In this document: positions 1 through 11,236 of the stretch, in pieces
Position numbering within the stretch: position 1 is the stretch's first letter
How the letters are laid out: each line of letters starts with the position of its first letter
Assembly (NCBI GenBank): GCA_028534125.1
Contig: CM052818.1
Span: 22,632,001-22,696,000, forward strand
Length of the DNA: 64,000 nucleotides
Source: Lama glama
Taxonomy: Eukaryota
Direction: 5' to 3'
Made by a program: the position numbers and the translations under genes
The notes under the pieces: model-generated
Database searches by the model: none
Told to the model about the DNA's origin: nothing
What the model saw: only the letters and a program-made list of their open reading frames with translations

Positions 1-145
1 CTTGTGCCACTTACAGGCTGTGTAATCCCTGCCGCGTTGCCCAGATTCTCTCTGAGCTTCAGAGTTACTTCTGTTTTCTTTGTAAATGGTCAGGTTTGGG
101 AACTAGGAGGAGCTATGAGAATGGGGCTGATAATAGCCCTCCCAC
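1..145 (+). mobile_element. MIR SINE fragment
   Basis: gccacttacaggctgtgt...tctctgagcttcag...tgtaaatgg...ataatag resembles the MIR core. Confidence 0.5.
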
Positions 146-297
146 TTTGGGGCCACACAGGTGTTCCTGGGAGAGCCAGGCGTGGGTGGGGGTGAGCATG
201 CATTGGCCACTAGGTGGCGCCAACAGGACGAAGCTGGCAGTCAGCTGTGCAGGGCTGGGGTGGGGGCGCAGGCGTCCACTAGCAGAGCCAGGCCTGA

Positions 298-447
<150 letters not shown>

Positions 448-782
448 TGAGCCCCCAGCCCTGCCCCTGCCCCTGGCTCTCTTGAGGAGCTCTGCGCTCT
501 GGCGGGGAGAGCAGACCCATCCCAGCAGTGCTCCTCGGCAGCACTGGCCAGCCCGGAGCCACCACGCCCAGGATTTAGGGAGAAAGTCTGCCTCTCCCGG
601 GGTGGGAGGACCCCGGGCTGGAAAGCAACCTGGGGAGGGGAGGGAAAGGATGGCAGATATACAACAAGTTGTGTGAGGGCCCCACGAGCATATGTGGGCT
701 CCTGTGCCCTTGAGTGTATGAGTGTAAGTGTGTGTGTTCCTGTGTCTCACTAGCCACTCCCCCTGCCCATTTCTTCCTGTAG

Positions 783-826
783 GTTCTTCAGCTCTGAGCA
801 GCACAGAACAGGGAAGCCCAAGCCTG
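783..826 (+). CDS. HAAO: HAAO coding exon (exon 6 equivalent)
   Basis: ttcctgtag|G acceptor and G|gtgag donor; encodes FFSSEQHRTGKPKP; 44 bp, phase-compatible with both neighbours. Confidence 0.96.
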
Positions 827-1026
827 GTGAGGCCACTGGGAACCACCTTTCTCCCTCCCTCCCTCCCTCCCTTCCCATAGAAGGATGGCTCTTGGCCCTG
901 GGTACCAGGGAGTCTCCTTTTGAGTACTCTGTCCAGTACTCAAGGCACAAGAAAATGGCACCAAATAGTACCCCCACATGGCTGCTTGGTCCTTGAGCTG
1001 GATCCAGAGCCCATTCCAGCGACTAG

Positions 1027-1314
<288 letters not shown>

Positions 1315-1651
1315 TAGTCACACATGAACACACACACTCACTTGCCAGTTTTGGAGGTTGCAGACACGATCATAGACTTTCCTTTTTCCTCCCTGACTCA
1401 GAGAATGATGGCTTTGCTGTGAGTGGAAGCCCGTGGAAGCTACCTGGTCCCCAGCAATCCTCCTTTGCTTTCAGAGTAAGGGGTTGCCCCCATCCACAAC
1501 AGGTTTCTGAGAGTCTAGTGTCAACCCCCTGCCAGGAATTCCTGGGCCTTTGGCCAATCATAGCCTTAGGAGCCAGAAGGGAGAGAGATACTTGGGGGTG
1601 AGGATTGGGTGAAGAGTTGCACAGTGAGAGAGCCCAACAAAGCTGGCCTCC

Positions 1652-2270
1652 TTTCATTCAACATTTATTGATGGCCTGTTATGTTTCAGGTTTTGGTAGG
1701 AAAAATAAGATAGATCAAAGTATTGTCTGGCAATTGGACAAGTTAATCAACAATTGCCACAAGCATGTGACACATTCTTTGCTAGAGACGCTACGGGAAG
1801 CCATAGGAGGATAAAGAAGGAACCCAGCTGTGAGGGAAGTCAGGGAAGACTTCCTGGCAGAGGTGATGTATAGGCTGAGCTTTAAAGCTAATATAGGAGT
1901 TTGCAAAAGGAAGAAAGAGAGATGGAGAGAGCATTCCAGGTGAAAGAAGCATGAGCAAAGGTCTGGAGGCTTGAAACTGACTGATATTGCAGATAGCTGA
2001 GGTTGGGGGACCAGGGCAAGGGGTGGGGGCAGCAGGCACAATTGCTAGATGGCCAGAGTAGCAGGCAGTGCCCAGGTGTTCGCAGCCCTCCTGGGCTGGG
2101 CAAGGTGCAAGGACCTATCCTGGAGACAGGAGAGCTTCACCCAAACGTTGAAGCAGGTGTGTGACCAGGGTAGAGTGGTGTTTCAAAAAGATCACTGTAG
2201 GCTACATGAGGACCAGGTCAGGTGGGCAAGTGTGGCAATGAGACCTGCTAGGAGGCTCATGTTCACTTGT
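1652..2270 (-). mobile_element. L2 LINE 3' fragment in HAAO intron 7
   Basis: ttcattcaacatttattg terminus; gggaagtcagggaagacttcctggcagaggtga and aaaagatcactgtaggct are L2-like. Confidence 0.65.
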
Positions 2271-3050
2271 GCTTTGCAATTTGCCACATCCCTTGCAGTT
2301 TGAATTAGACAACCCTATGGAGGGATGCTCACTGGATGCAGACGTGCCCTAAGAGGCCTGGCCAACAAGCCTCTGAGCTTATACAGGGCTGTGGGAGCCG
2401 GTGCACACACCACCAAGCGCCTCCCGCCCCGCGGCCCTGCCTTCCACCTCTTTCACACCCTTCCTCCTCCCTGCTTCCGTTTACTCCAGCAAATATATAC
2501 TGGGTCCCACTCTGGGCCTGTGGGAGGGTGGCCTGCACAGTAGCTGTGGGCTTCCAGGCTGATGCAGATAGGAGCAGCTCAGCCTCCCTCTCACTCCCGC
2601 TCATCCCCTCCCATCTCCCTCCTCCTCCTTAGGCCAGACTCCTAACATCTTATGGAGGAAGGGAGACAGGTATCCTTTGGGGCGTTCATGTGTGTGTGGT
2701 ACATGGGTTTGCACCGTGCCTGTATACATGTGTGTGTGTGTCCCTAGTGTGTCCCTGGCAGGCGGGCATCCATATGAGTCAGCAGTAGTTGTGTCATGTG
2801 TCAGAGGGAGCAGATATGCACGTGTGTGTGAAGGACAGGCACGTGTGATCCCGACAGCAGGTGGGCAGGGAGGCCTGTGGCCTGAGCAGCCTTCCTCCCC
2901 AATTCCTGGTCTCTGCTCTGCACATGGAAATGAAGCTGTGTTGTGGGCCCCACCCCTGCCCCGCACAGGCCTGGTGTCTGGGGGCAGGTTCAAGGCCTGG
3001 TCCTGTGTGGGGCAGGGCACACCAGAACGGTCTGTGTCACTTACTACCAG

Positions 3051-3119
3051 GTGACCGTCCACGGACAAGGCAGCAGCAAAGGCTCGAGACAGGACGTGGA
3101 CATATGGCTGTGGCAGCTG
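3051..3119 (+). CDS. HAAO: HAAO coding exon (exon 8 equivalent), followed by a GC donor
   Basis: taccag|GTG acceptor; encodes VTVHGQGSSKGSRQDVDIWLWQL; donor CTG|gcaagt; 69 bp. Confidence 0.93.
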
Positions 3120-3309
3120 GCAAGTGGGGTCCCTGGGAGAGGGTGGCCCAGCCTCCTGCCAGCCCTTGGGGACCAGGCTGTTACTGGGTCTTAGACGCCC
3201 CCAGCCTGGACCGGCTCCCAGGGCTTCCTTCCTGAGGCAGATTCAGGGATGCTCACACAGGTGTGGTGGCCAACAGCCTCCATTCCCTTCTCCTACTCCT
3301 CTTTCCTAG

Positions 3310-3392
3310 GAGGGCTCCTCGGTGTTGATGATGGAAGGAAAGCGCCTGAGCCTGAACGCTGATGACAGCTTCCTGGTGCCAGCCGGGACTGC
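3310..3392 (+). CDS. HAAO: HAAO coding exon (exon 9 equivalent)
   Basis: ctttcctag|GAG acceptor and GC|gtgagt donor; encodes EGSSVLMMEGKRLSLNADDSFLVPAGT(A); 83 bp. Confidence 0.95.
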
Positions 3393-3497
3393 GTGAGTCC
3401 CTGGGAGGACTGACCCCCAACACTGGGACTGCCCTCCTTTCCCTGGGATCCTCGGGGCCCAACCTTGTCTGACCCCTGCCCACTGGTGTCTCCACAG

Positions 3498-3576
3498 GTA
3501 CTCCTGGGAGCGAGGGCGAGGCTCCGCAGCACTCTCTGTGACCCAGGACCCTGCCCGCAAGAAGCCCCTAGGGTGA
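3498..3576 (+). CDS. HAAO: HAAO last coding exon including stop
   Basis: ccacag|G acceptor; encodes [25 protein letters not shown], like the human C-terminus ...VTQDPACKKPLG. Confidence 0.96.
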
Positions 3577-3855
3577 CCCTCTTGCTGTGAGCCCAGAGCA
3601 GCCACCCTGGCCTGAGCACCACCCCTGCCAAATAACTCCCCCCCGCCTCACTGCTTCTATGTGTACTGCTGCCAAGTGACTCAGCGTGCCCTGGGCTGGG
3701 CCCTGAACATCAGTGCCACCCATCCATCTCCTGTCCTCTCGGCCAGGATGCCAGGTTGCTGGGGACAGTAACTCCCCTTCTCTCCTAACAGCCCTCTGTA
3801 CAGTTCAGCCAGGCTGCCTCTCCAGCCCTCTGTCCCTGCCGCCAAGAAGGCCCTC

Positions 3856-3861
3856 AATAAA
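3856..3861 (+). terminator. Probable HAAO polyadenylation signal
   Basis: First AATAAA after the HAAO stop, about 280 nt downstream. Confidence 0.75.
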
Positions 3862-4859
3862 GGCTTCCTGGTGGATGAGCGCCTGCTTGTCTGCACTCAC
3901 ACAGGCCATGGGGGATGGCAGGCACCGCGAGCTCCCGTGACTGTGTGGCAGTGTCTGGGGCACCAGGTGGCCATGGATGTGTGAAGGGTCTGTTATCTGC
4001 CTCTTTCTCACCTATTCTTTTTACATAACTTTAAAAAATAGCATCTGTTGAGGTTTTTCTCCCCAATAACAGAAGTGACCTGTGCTAATTGTAGAAAACA
4101 CAGAAATACGTAAAAACACAACCGCCCCCCGCCCCCAGAGAGAACTACGGTTAATACCTGAAGATCTTGATGAGCCTGCACAGGGCTGTGAAGCTGTATG
4201 GGAGCTTGGCAGCAGGGGGAGAGGTGTCTGGCCTCATCCCCCTGCACCCCCTGCTATGCACAGGCCCCCGTGGGGTCCAGGGGTGCTGGGAGCTCTGGGC
4301 GCAGCAGTGGGTAGAGATGAAACGTGGAACCTGCAGTGGGAGATCTGGGCTCAGTTTCCTGGGACTTCAGTGAGAAGTTGGTGAGGGGCCGCCTGGGGAG
4401 GGAACTGAAGCTGATCTGGGTTAAACAGGTCCCTGGGTAGAATCAAAGCTTCCTCCAGAAAACTTGAGTCTGAACCCTGCCTTCCCCACCCCAGCCTGGC
4501 AGCTCACTGCTTTGATCCCCTCCTCTGACTAAAGGAGGCCCTGACCTTGCTGAACGGGCTTCCAGCCCTGAGGGATGTCGGAACCCTCACCCACCTACCT
4601 CTCTACCCCTGAGGGATTTCCTCTCCTGCAAGCAAAGCAAAAACACCACCAGCCTTCCCCTAACTTGTGACCAGTCCTGAGCAGTGAGGGCAGAGGCTAA
4701 GGCAATGAGTTGCTCTGTGCGGGAGCTGACAGGACAAAGGAATGTCCAGGGGAGGCCCGCTGGGCAGAGAGCAGGTGGCCACAAGAAGGGGAGTTTGCTC
4801 CTAGTGCCAAAGGCAGGCCTGATCCTAGACAGAAAATCATGCAAATCTCAACACTAACT

Positions 4860-5010
4860 CTGTGCCAAGGAATTTGCTAGAAGTTTTTACAGACCTGACC
4901 TCATTAAATCCTCACATGTCTCTAAGAAGGTGGAACACCCACCTTACAGATGAAACTCAGAGAGGCTGTTTCCAGCCCAGGCCTGTCTGCATTCAAATCT
5001 CAGGCTTGTG
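4860..5010 (-). mobile_element. MIR SINE fragment
   Basis: ctcattaaatcctcaca...ttacagatgaaactcagagagg. Confidence 0.6.
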
Positions 5011-6134
5011 GTCCCACCACCCTGCACCCTGTGATCGCAGGTTGTCTGCCCTCAGCCTTGGCCAGTGGGATCCCAGAGCAGGGGAAAGTCCTAGAGGGTC
5101 TGCAGGAGAAGGGCCAACGGCCACTGTGCCTGAAACCCAGTCCTAGGCAGAGTTGGCAGCACGTGGCACCCCACTGACCACAGTCAGTTAGCAAGGGAGG
5201 TTATCAAGTCCTGGAGCTGGAACCACAGCCTCTCTTGGTGCTATCCCAGGTTCCCAGGAGCCCCAGCCCTCATCTTTACCCACGGGCCTGCCCCTATGGG
5301 CTCATGAGAACACCACGCGCTGGGAAAGTGGGTAGTGCATAGTGGGTGATGGCCCGCTGAGGTGGGTGGACAATGGCAGAGAAACTCGATTCTCAGGATT
5401 GTTCTGTTTGTGGGAGAAGCCCCCAGATCCCCAGGTCATGGCAGTAGAAACTTGGCAGGGGTGCCCTCTGCCTGTGGGATGGTCTTCATCATGGACGTGG
5501 CCTTGGGACCATCACAACTTTGGAACTGTCAGGACCTGGGAATAACCACAGCAGGCTGGCGGATATACAGCAGGCTGTTCCCACCAGGCCTCCCTCTCCC
5601 AGGGCAACATTGTCGAGTCCACAGTCCCTGCTGCTGCCAGAGCAGGTAGAGGCAGGGAGGTAGTCTCCTGTCTGTATCTGTAATGGGAAGGGGGTCTGGA
5701 GTGCTCTGCATATTCCAGAGGGCTGTGAGTTGCCAGGACCAGCACCTGCCTTCAGGCAAGCAAATGTCAGACCACTCAGGGCTGCGAACACTCTCCTCAA
5801 CCTCACCCCAGCTTGGCCCTCCTCCCCAGGCAGGGTCTCTCAGGGCCTCCGATCACCCCTGCTGAGCCCTGCCTTGAAGACTGCAACTGAGGCTGGGTTT
5901 AGAGACCTCACAGGCCACTCAGTGTCCCGGGAAGGAGGGGAGGGAGGGAGGCCTGCAGGGTTCCCCTTTGCCTGCAAATAGGAACCCTGGGTGTTTCTCA
6001 GCAGCTGTTGATGCAAACCCCAGGATACTGAGTCATTGTGGTGGCCAGCTGAGAGCAAGCACTCATCCCTGAACACTCGTGCTGGGGTAGGAAGACCCTG
6101 GAAACTTCTCTCAGGTCCACAGCCCACGGAGCCC

Positions 6135-7247
6135 ATGGAATTTCTTAACATGAGCTCTGCATCTCCCCTTTCTTCTCTCTCCCCCTCCACTCTCCCCACC
6201 TCCCTCCCTCCCTCTCCCTCCTTCTCTCCCTCTGCCTTCACCACTGCCTTGGGGTCACCTGGAGAGGACTCAGCTCCCTGCCGCCTGGCTTCCTCCCCCA
6301 CGGTGTCTGCCCTCCTGGCGCCAGTGCTGGGCATGGAGTTTGTCCTGGGCCTGGTGGGGAACGGCTTGGCCTTCTTCATCTTCTGCTTCCACATGCGGCC
6401 CTGGACGTCCAGCACAGTCTTCCTGGTCAGCCTGGTGGTGGCGGACTTTCTCCTAATCATCAACCTGCCCCTGCGCGTGGACTACTACTTCCGCCAGGAG
6501 ACCTGGCGCTTCAGAGGCGCTGCCTGCAAAGTCAACCTCTTCATGATGTCCACCAACCGCTCGGCCAGCGTGGTCTTCCTCACGGCCATCGCGCTCAACC
6601 GCTACCTGGAAGTGGTGCGGCCCCACCACGCGCTGAGCAGGGCCTCGGTGGGGGCAGCCGCCAGGGTGGCCGGGGGGCTCTGGGGGGGCATCCTGCTCCT
6701 CAACGGGCACCTGCTCCTGACGACCTACTCCGGCCGCTCCTGCCTCAGTTACCAGCTGGGCACGCGCCCCTCAGCCTCACTCCGCTGGCACCAGGCGCTG
6801 TTCCTGCTGGAGTTCTTCCTGCCGCTGGCGCTCATCCTCTTCGCCATCGTGAGCATGGCGCTCAGCCTCCGGCGCCGCGGCCTGGACAGGCAGGCGGGCC
6901 CGCGCAGGGCCATGCGCGTGCTGGCCGCGGTGGTGGCCGTCTACACCGTTTGCTTCCTGCCCAGCGTCATCTTCGGCGGTGCTTCCATTGTGGCCTTCCG
7001 CCTGCGGGCCTGCCCCACCCTCGACGTCTGCACGCAGCTCTTCCACGGCTCCCTGGCCTTCACCTACCTCAACAGCGTCCTGGACCCCGTGCTCTACTGC
7101 TTCTCCAGCCCCAGCTTCCTCCGCCAGGGCCGGGCTCTGCTGGGCCTCACCCAGAGCTCGCAGGGTCCAGCCAGGGATGAGAGCTCCTACCAGCTCTCTG
7201 CACGCCGATGGGTGTCCTCTAAGAAGGCAGAGGCCACGGGAGGCTGA
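6135..7247 (+). CDS. OXER1: Oxoeicosanoid (5-oxo-ETE) receptor 1, single-exon class A GPCR, 370 aa from the first in-frame ATG
   Basis: ATG at 6135 (cccATGG) inside ORF 6036..7247; seven hydrophobic segments with GN, LxxAD, NRY, CFLP and DPVLY motifs; close to human OXER1 (ACKVNLFM, SASLRWHQAL, QLFHGSLAFTYLNSVLDPVLY); lies between HAAO and MTA3 as in human. Confidence 0.97.
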   Translation: MEFLNMSSASPLSSLSPSTLPTSLPPSPSFSPSAFTTALGSPGEDSAPCRLASSPTVSALLAPVLGMEFVLGLVGNGLAFFIFCFHMRPWTSSTVFLVSLVVADFLLIINLPLRVDYYFRQETWRFRGAACKVNLFMMSTNRSASVVFLTAIALNRYLEVVRPHHALSRASVGAAARVAGGLWGGILLLNGHLLLTTYSGRSCLSYQLGTRPSASLRWHQALFLLEFFLPLALILFAIVSMALSLRRRGLDRQAGPRRAMRVLAAVVAVYTVCFLPSVIFGGASIVAFRLRACPTLDVCTQLFHGSLAFTYLNSVLDPVLYCFSSPSFLRQGRALLGLTQSSQGPARDESSYQLSARRWVSSKKAEATGG

Positions 7248-7360
7248 AGGCGGAGGTCTCGCTGGAAATCTCGGAGGAGGACTGACCAGGAAGGCCCCTC
7301 CCCGGACTGGGGGTCTGTGGCCGTGCCGCTGGAGCGAGGACAGGCAGGCTCTGGGCGGGA
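6390..7360. promoter_or_regulatory. Intragenic CpG-rich island over the OXER1 coding region
   Basis: Visibly high GC and dense CpG (e.g. cggcgccgcgg, gccgcggtggtggccg) against CpG-poor flanks; not computed. Confidence 0.65.
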
Positions 7361-7708
7361 GGGACAAGGTCACTCCCTGGTCTATTGCCAGCACAGGGCC
7401 CCTCAACCAGCTGGACAAGGGACATCTGCAGGAGCCAGGTGGGTGGCAGGAAGAGAAAAGGGTCTTGGCTTGGAGTAGTGTGCCAGGGATGATGTCTCCA
7501 CAGCGCAGAGCACGACGGCAGGAGGAGACAGGCAGGGGCTGTGGGAGCTCCAGCTGCCCAGTTCCCGGCCAGAGCCTGATAACTGAGAGCAGAAGTCTTG
7601 CTTAACAACTGGAAAGCTGCATTTTCTGTGATCTTGCTTTTCTCTCTCAATACTAGTAAAGTTCCTTTTGAACATGCAAGTCTGCCTCAGCTGTTCCAAG
7701 GAAAACCA

Positions 7709-7714
7709 AATAAA
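7709..7714 (+). terminator. Probable OXER1 polyadenylation signal
   Basis: First AATAAA after the OXER1 stop, about 460 nt downstream. Confidence 0.7.
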
Positions 7715-10189
7715 TGTCATTGGGTCCATCTGGCCCTGGCATCAGTAGGGTTCAAAGTGAGTTCCCCAAGATGAAGGGACACTCTGGTGACAGAGTGGGG
7801 AAACTGTCCAGGGCACTGCCCTGTGTGTCCTTAAAAGTCAGAACACTTCCCCAGGAGAGGCCCTCAGGCTCATAGGATAGGTGGCCTGCCTGGACCCCTG
7901 GGAGGCCCCTGCTCCTCTCTGGCCTCCAGGTCCCCTCTGCAATCCCGAGGTCCTGCCCAAGGCACCAAGGACCTTGCCCTACTCTCCTCTGGGATGATGT
8001 GAGGCTCTTCAGCCTGGGAATTTGCCACCTCCATCCAGTTCAAGCTCTTGGCTCCGCTTAGACCCCCTCACCTGGCTTTCCTCAGCGCCAAGTACCCTTC
8101 CCTGGCCCTGGAACCTGTGGTGGCTGCTACCACACCAGGAAGGGACACTGGGTGAGGCAGGGGCTTCAGGGTCACCAGAGCCGGCCCACTGCCCTCCCTC
8201 AGGACCAAAGCCGTCTTGCCCACCTCCACCCCTTTCTGTTCTGTTCAGTATGCCTGTGTCAATGTCTGAGAGCACCCGAGATAACCTATCTGCTGACCAG
8301 GGCCCCCACGCACAAGACGTGTATGTTGCATGAGTCAGGGGTTTCTTTTGGGGTGGGGTGATGTGTCTGTCCTCTGTCCACAGGGGAAGTCACAGGGGGC
8401 ACACAGCCTTCAGGGCTTCCAAAGGGCTACAAAGAGGTGATTAAAGCCCCAGACATGCACCCCTGAACCCCACATATCCTCAGCCCCAGCATCTCAGGAG
8501 AATGAACGTCCCCCAACACACACACCTCTTCCTGCTGGGGGAGACAAGGGCCTAGGACTGTTTCTCCAATCGTCACCCCAGCCACAGGCTTTTAGGCTTC
8601 AGATACAGGGTCTGATGGGACCAAATCCCCTGTTCCCAATTGCTTTAATCCTCTTAGTCCAGCCCTCTTATATCATGGACAGAGACGCTCTCACTCTGTT
8701 AAAAGTCCCTAGGGCTAGTGGCCAAGGCCCAGGAGAGTCACCCCCACGCCAGCAGGGAGGCATCCAGGAGCAGTGTGGATGCTGGAGTGGGAGACACAGC
8801 GTGTCAGGCAGAGGGAGGCGGCCTAGGGGACGAGTTGGATGGGTATTAAAACCCATCTCCTGGTGTGTCTTCAGTCAACTTCCCTTTTCTGAAAGCTCAC
8901 CAGCTCCTCTCAGAAACCCACAGAGATATTGAGAACCCAAACTAAGTGGTGGAAAGGAGTGTGCCACCTGGGCCACTCCAAGGTGTCTCTTTTCCCCCCA
9001 AAGACCCCCTACTCTTCCTTTGCTCTGGGACTGCCTTATTCTCACTGGTAGAGCCACTCCTAGGAACTCCCTCCCCATCACCTGGCCATCCTCTGCCACC
9101 ATGGGGAGGAGTGGGACAAGCCTGGGCCAGTACAGCCTCAGTCTGAGGTTTGTAATTTCCAAGTCAGACTTTTTATGAGAGGCCCAAACACGCCTGGAGT
9201 CTGGGGATGGAGCACTTTCTCACGGAATCCTCCACTTCCCACCCAGGGGCGCTAACACATGCTGTGTGCTGAACACACCTTCCTTCCAGTATCTTCTCTT
9301 CCCACATTTGTACCTGCCTGGGTTCAGAGCAACTCTAGCAGCAAATGGGGCTCCATGTGTCATTTCTTCAGTCCTTCTTTCCCTGGACCCTTTCCCTCAA
9401 CACTGCTACCATGTCCTGCCACCCTCTCAGCATCTGGGCTCCCTCTCCTGACCTGGTGTAAGAGAAATGACCAGATGGCCCCACGGCTAACAGGCACTGC
9501 CGCCTCCCCTAAAAGGCGCCCAAGGTGGCTGCTGGTCACAGGGTGTGGGTCCGTGCTCCCAAGCTGCCCTGGATACTCCCTGCCCCTCATCTTGAAGCTG
9601 AGGGCTGCCCTCTCAACAGGGGGTCTGGGTGTCACCCCATGGGAAAGAAGCAGGGCTGCAAGCTGCTTCCACACTCTTCGTGTATGGAAGGGCTCCCTGT
9701 CCTAACCTTGGCCCCCTCTCTGGACTTAGTTCTTCATCTATGCAATGGGAGCAGTGACCCTGGCCCTTGTCCAGCTCCAGGGGCTGGAGATGGAAATACC
9801 GGACATGGCCGAGTGAGTGAGGAAGACAGTTATCATGGGGCAGGGTTGGGGGACGGACTGAGAGGGACGGGGCAGGAGGACAGCTAACTGTTGAAGTGGA
9901 GGGTTTTCTACAGACGGGAGGGTAGTGGCTGTGCTGGTAGGAGGTGAGCTGGAGATTGGCTGAGTAAAGATCCCACTGCCCACATTTGGGTTTCAAATAG
10001 CATTTTGGTGCCCGGAGTGGGCTGCACTACCCAGTGTAGATGTTGGGCAGCACCTCTCTACTCTTTCTAATGTGACCTGCTGTCGTCCTGAGGGATGAAC
10101 AAACAGCCTGCATGACTTCACCCCAGGGACCGTGTGCATGGGGCAAACAGGCAGGGCTGGGCTGACCGGCCCGTAGTCACTAATCATCC

Positions 10190-11160
10190 AGTGTTTGCTG
10201 GGCATCCATCAGGGGCCAGGCACAAAGACACCAAGGCAGACAATACAACTCTGACCTTGAGTCCCTTCAGGCCAAGCCTGGGAGAGAGACATGCAAATAG
10301 ATCAAACGTAACCCAAACCAGTGTAATCCAAGGACTGCAAGTTTGTAACCCACCGCTGAGAGCACAGGGCGCAGAAGAGCCAGCTCTGCCCAGGTGTCGG
10401 GGTGATGCATGTAAGCTGAATCTTGGAGGATGAGGAAAGTACGAAGGGAACAGCATCCCTGGTAGAGGGAAGGGCATGAACAAGGGCACAGAGCTGAGAA
10501 GACCTGGTGTGTAGGGTGAGGAGATCACTGAGGTAAGGGAAGAGGAGGCCTACCGACAGAGTCAGGAGACAGGCAGGAAAGGCAGGCTGAACCCAGCAAG
10601 CTCGGGAGCCTGGGCTGGGCCTGCAGACAATCCAAAATGGCAGGAAGGGGAGTGTGCCTGAAGTTTTTAAGAAGTCAAGGATGATCAGTTTTGCATTTTG
10701 GTCAGTTACTCTGGTAATAGTGTGGACAGACTGGTGAAGGGATGTGGGAGACAACTTGTGTAGGAAACAATCTGTATTTCAAGCAAGGGCCTGAATAAAG
10801 GGAAGCAGCAGAGAGCACAAAGGTGCAGACAGAGAGGCAGAGCCCAGGTTAAAAAGAGAGGTGACTCTGTGGAAGATGGGTGGACGGTGATGCATTGAAG
10901 ATACAGGAGGTGGAGCAAGTTGGAGGGGCTTGGAGGACCTGCAGGTAAACACGTACAGGAGCACACTTAGGGCTGAAGATAGGATTTCAGAATCTTCCTC
11001 TTACTGATGGGAGTTGAGCTTATGAGAATGGATGGGGTTATGCTGTCGGGGAGGGAGAGAGTGAGGAGGACCAAGGACCATCCTTTTAAAAATCCCACAA
11101 GTAAGAGACACACAAAGAAATACGTAATGAAATGCGCAGAAGAAACCTTTAAGTAGGAAG
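10190..11160 (-). mobile_element. Degraded L2 LINE
   Basis: gatcagttttgcattttggtcagttactctggtaatagtgtgga and cagcatccctggtagaggga are L2-like purine-rich segments. Confidence 0.55.
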
Positions 11161-11206
11161 AAAACCAGGAATGCAGCAATAAAAAAAAAAGCATCAAAGA
11201 AGTATT

Positions 11207-11236
11207 ATAAACAAACAAACAAACAAACAAACAAAC
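11207..11236. repeat. (AAAC)n microsatellite
   Basis: taaacaaacaaacaaacaaacaaacaaaca. Confidence 0.9.

Noticed and set aside
6036..6134. 33-aa N-terminal extension in the ORF track (403-aa OXER1)
   Set aside because: Begins at a non-ATG codon; the first in-frame ATG, in good context and matching the conserved Met, is 6135.
5840..7650. Long antisense and alternate-frame ORFs over OXER1 (207, 213, 208 and 143 aa)
   Set aside because: Shadow ORFs of GC-rich coding sequence with few stops; no recognisable domain.
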